Shown piece after piece: positions 63,841-64,000 of a DNA stretch of 64,000 bases. The position numbers were made by a program, and so were the translations under genes. This stretch comes from Selaginella moellendorffii (Eukaryota > Plantae > Lycopodiophyta), in NCBI RefSeq assembly GCF_000143415.4, contig NW_003314289.1, positions 1,482,293 through 1,546,292 on the forward strand, read 5' to 3'. How positions within the stretch are numbered: the first letter of the stretch is position 1; each line of letters begins with the position of its first letter. The notes under the pieces are model-generated. The model saw only the letters and a list, made by a program, of their open reading frames with translations. It was not told where the DNA came from and ran no database searches.

Positions 63841-64000
63841 GAAAGTAGTGATCTCTCATTAATTTTGACTTAGTCTTGGTAGTCTTGTGCCTTGGCTGAG
63901 GATGGTGGGGTCCGACTCTCACATTGAGCAAGCCGGCCAGGAAAGCTATGCTGGTGCCGAGATCCTTGAAAAAACTGATGGTAGCAAGTGACTTTGAAAC

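Overview
Plant nuclear DNA. The compact genes, ~50-bp GT-AG introns, GC-rich exons and PLS-PPR debris suggest a lycophyte such as Selaginella (inference). Host genes: a TDR/PXY-clade LRR receptor kinase with a candidate spliced uORF, NF-YB, USB1, an AT-rich secreted bulb-lectin gene, eRF1, a conserved unknown gene, allantoinase, tRNA-Asp, a spliced 63-aa microprotein, a type-B response regulator, a BAHD acyltransferase and three small unknown genes. Four Ty3/gypsy elements are present, one nested and full-length. The standout is a 13.4-kb DNA transposon (20317-33737; perfect 24-bp TIRs; 4-bp AGAT TSD; Sola-like DDD transposase). It carries a divergent 11-exon gene for a ParB-like + DNA-methyltransferase-fold + FCP1/HAD-like protein. 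About 20 copies of a 22-bp palindrome (ATGGCRTG-N6-CAYGCCAT) are dispersed through it, mostly in introns and UTRs. Together these suggest a ParB/parS-like self-recognition or anti-silencing system. Other notable items are a 52-bp spliceosomal-type intron inside the integrase GPY/F motif of an LTR retrotransposon, a readthrough/NMD-type 3' UTR on eRF1, and a 25S rDNA fragment joining two retroelements. All domain calls come from reading motifs by eye; no searches were run.
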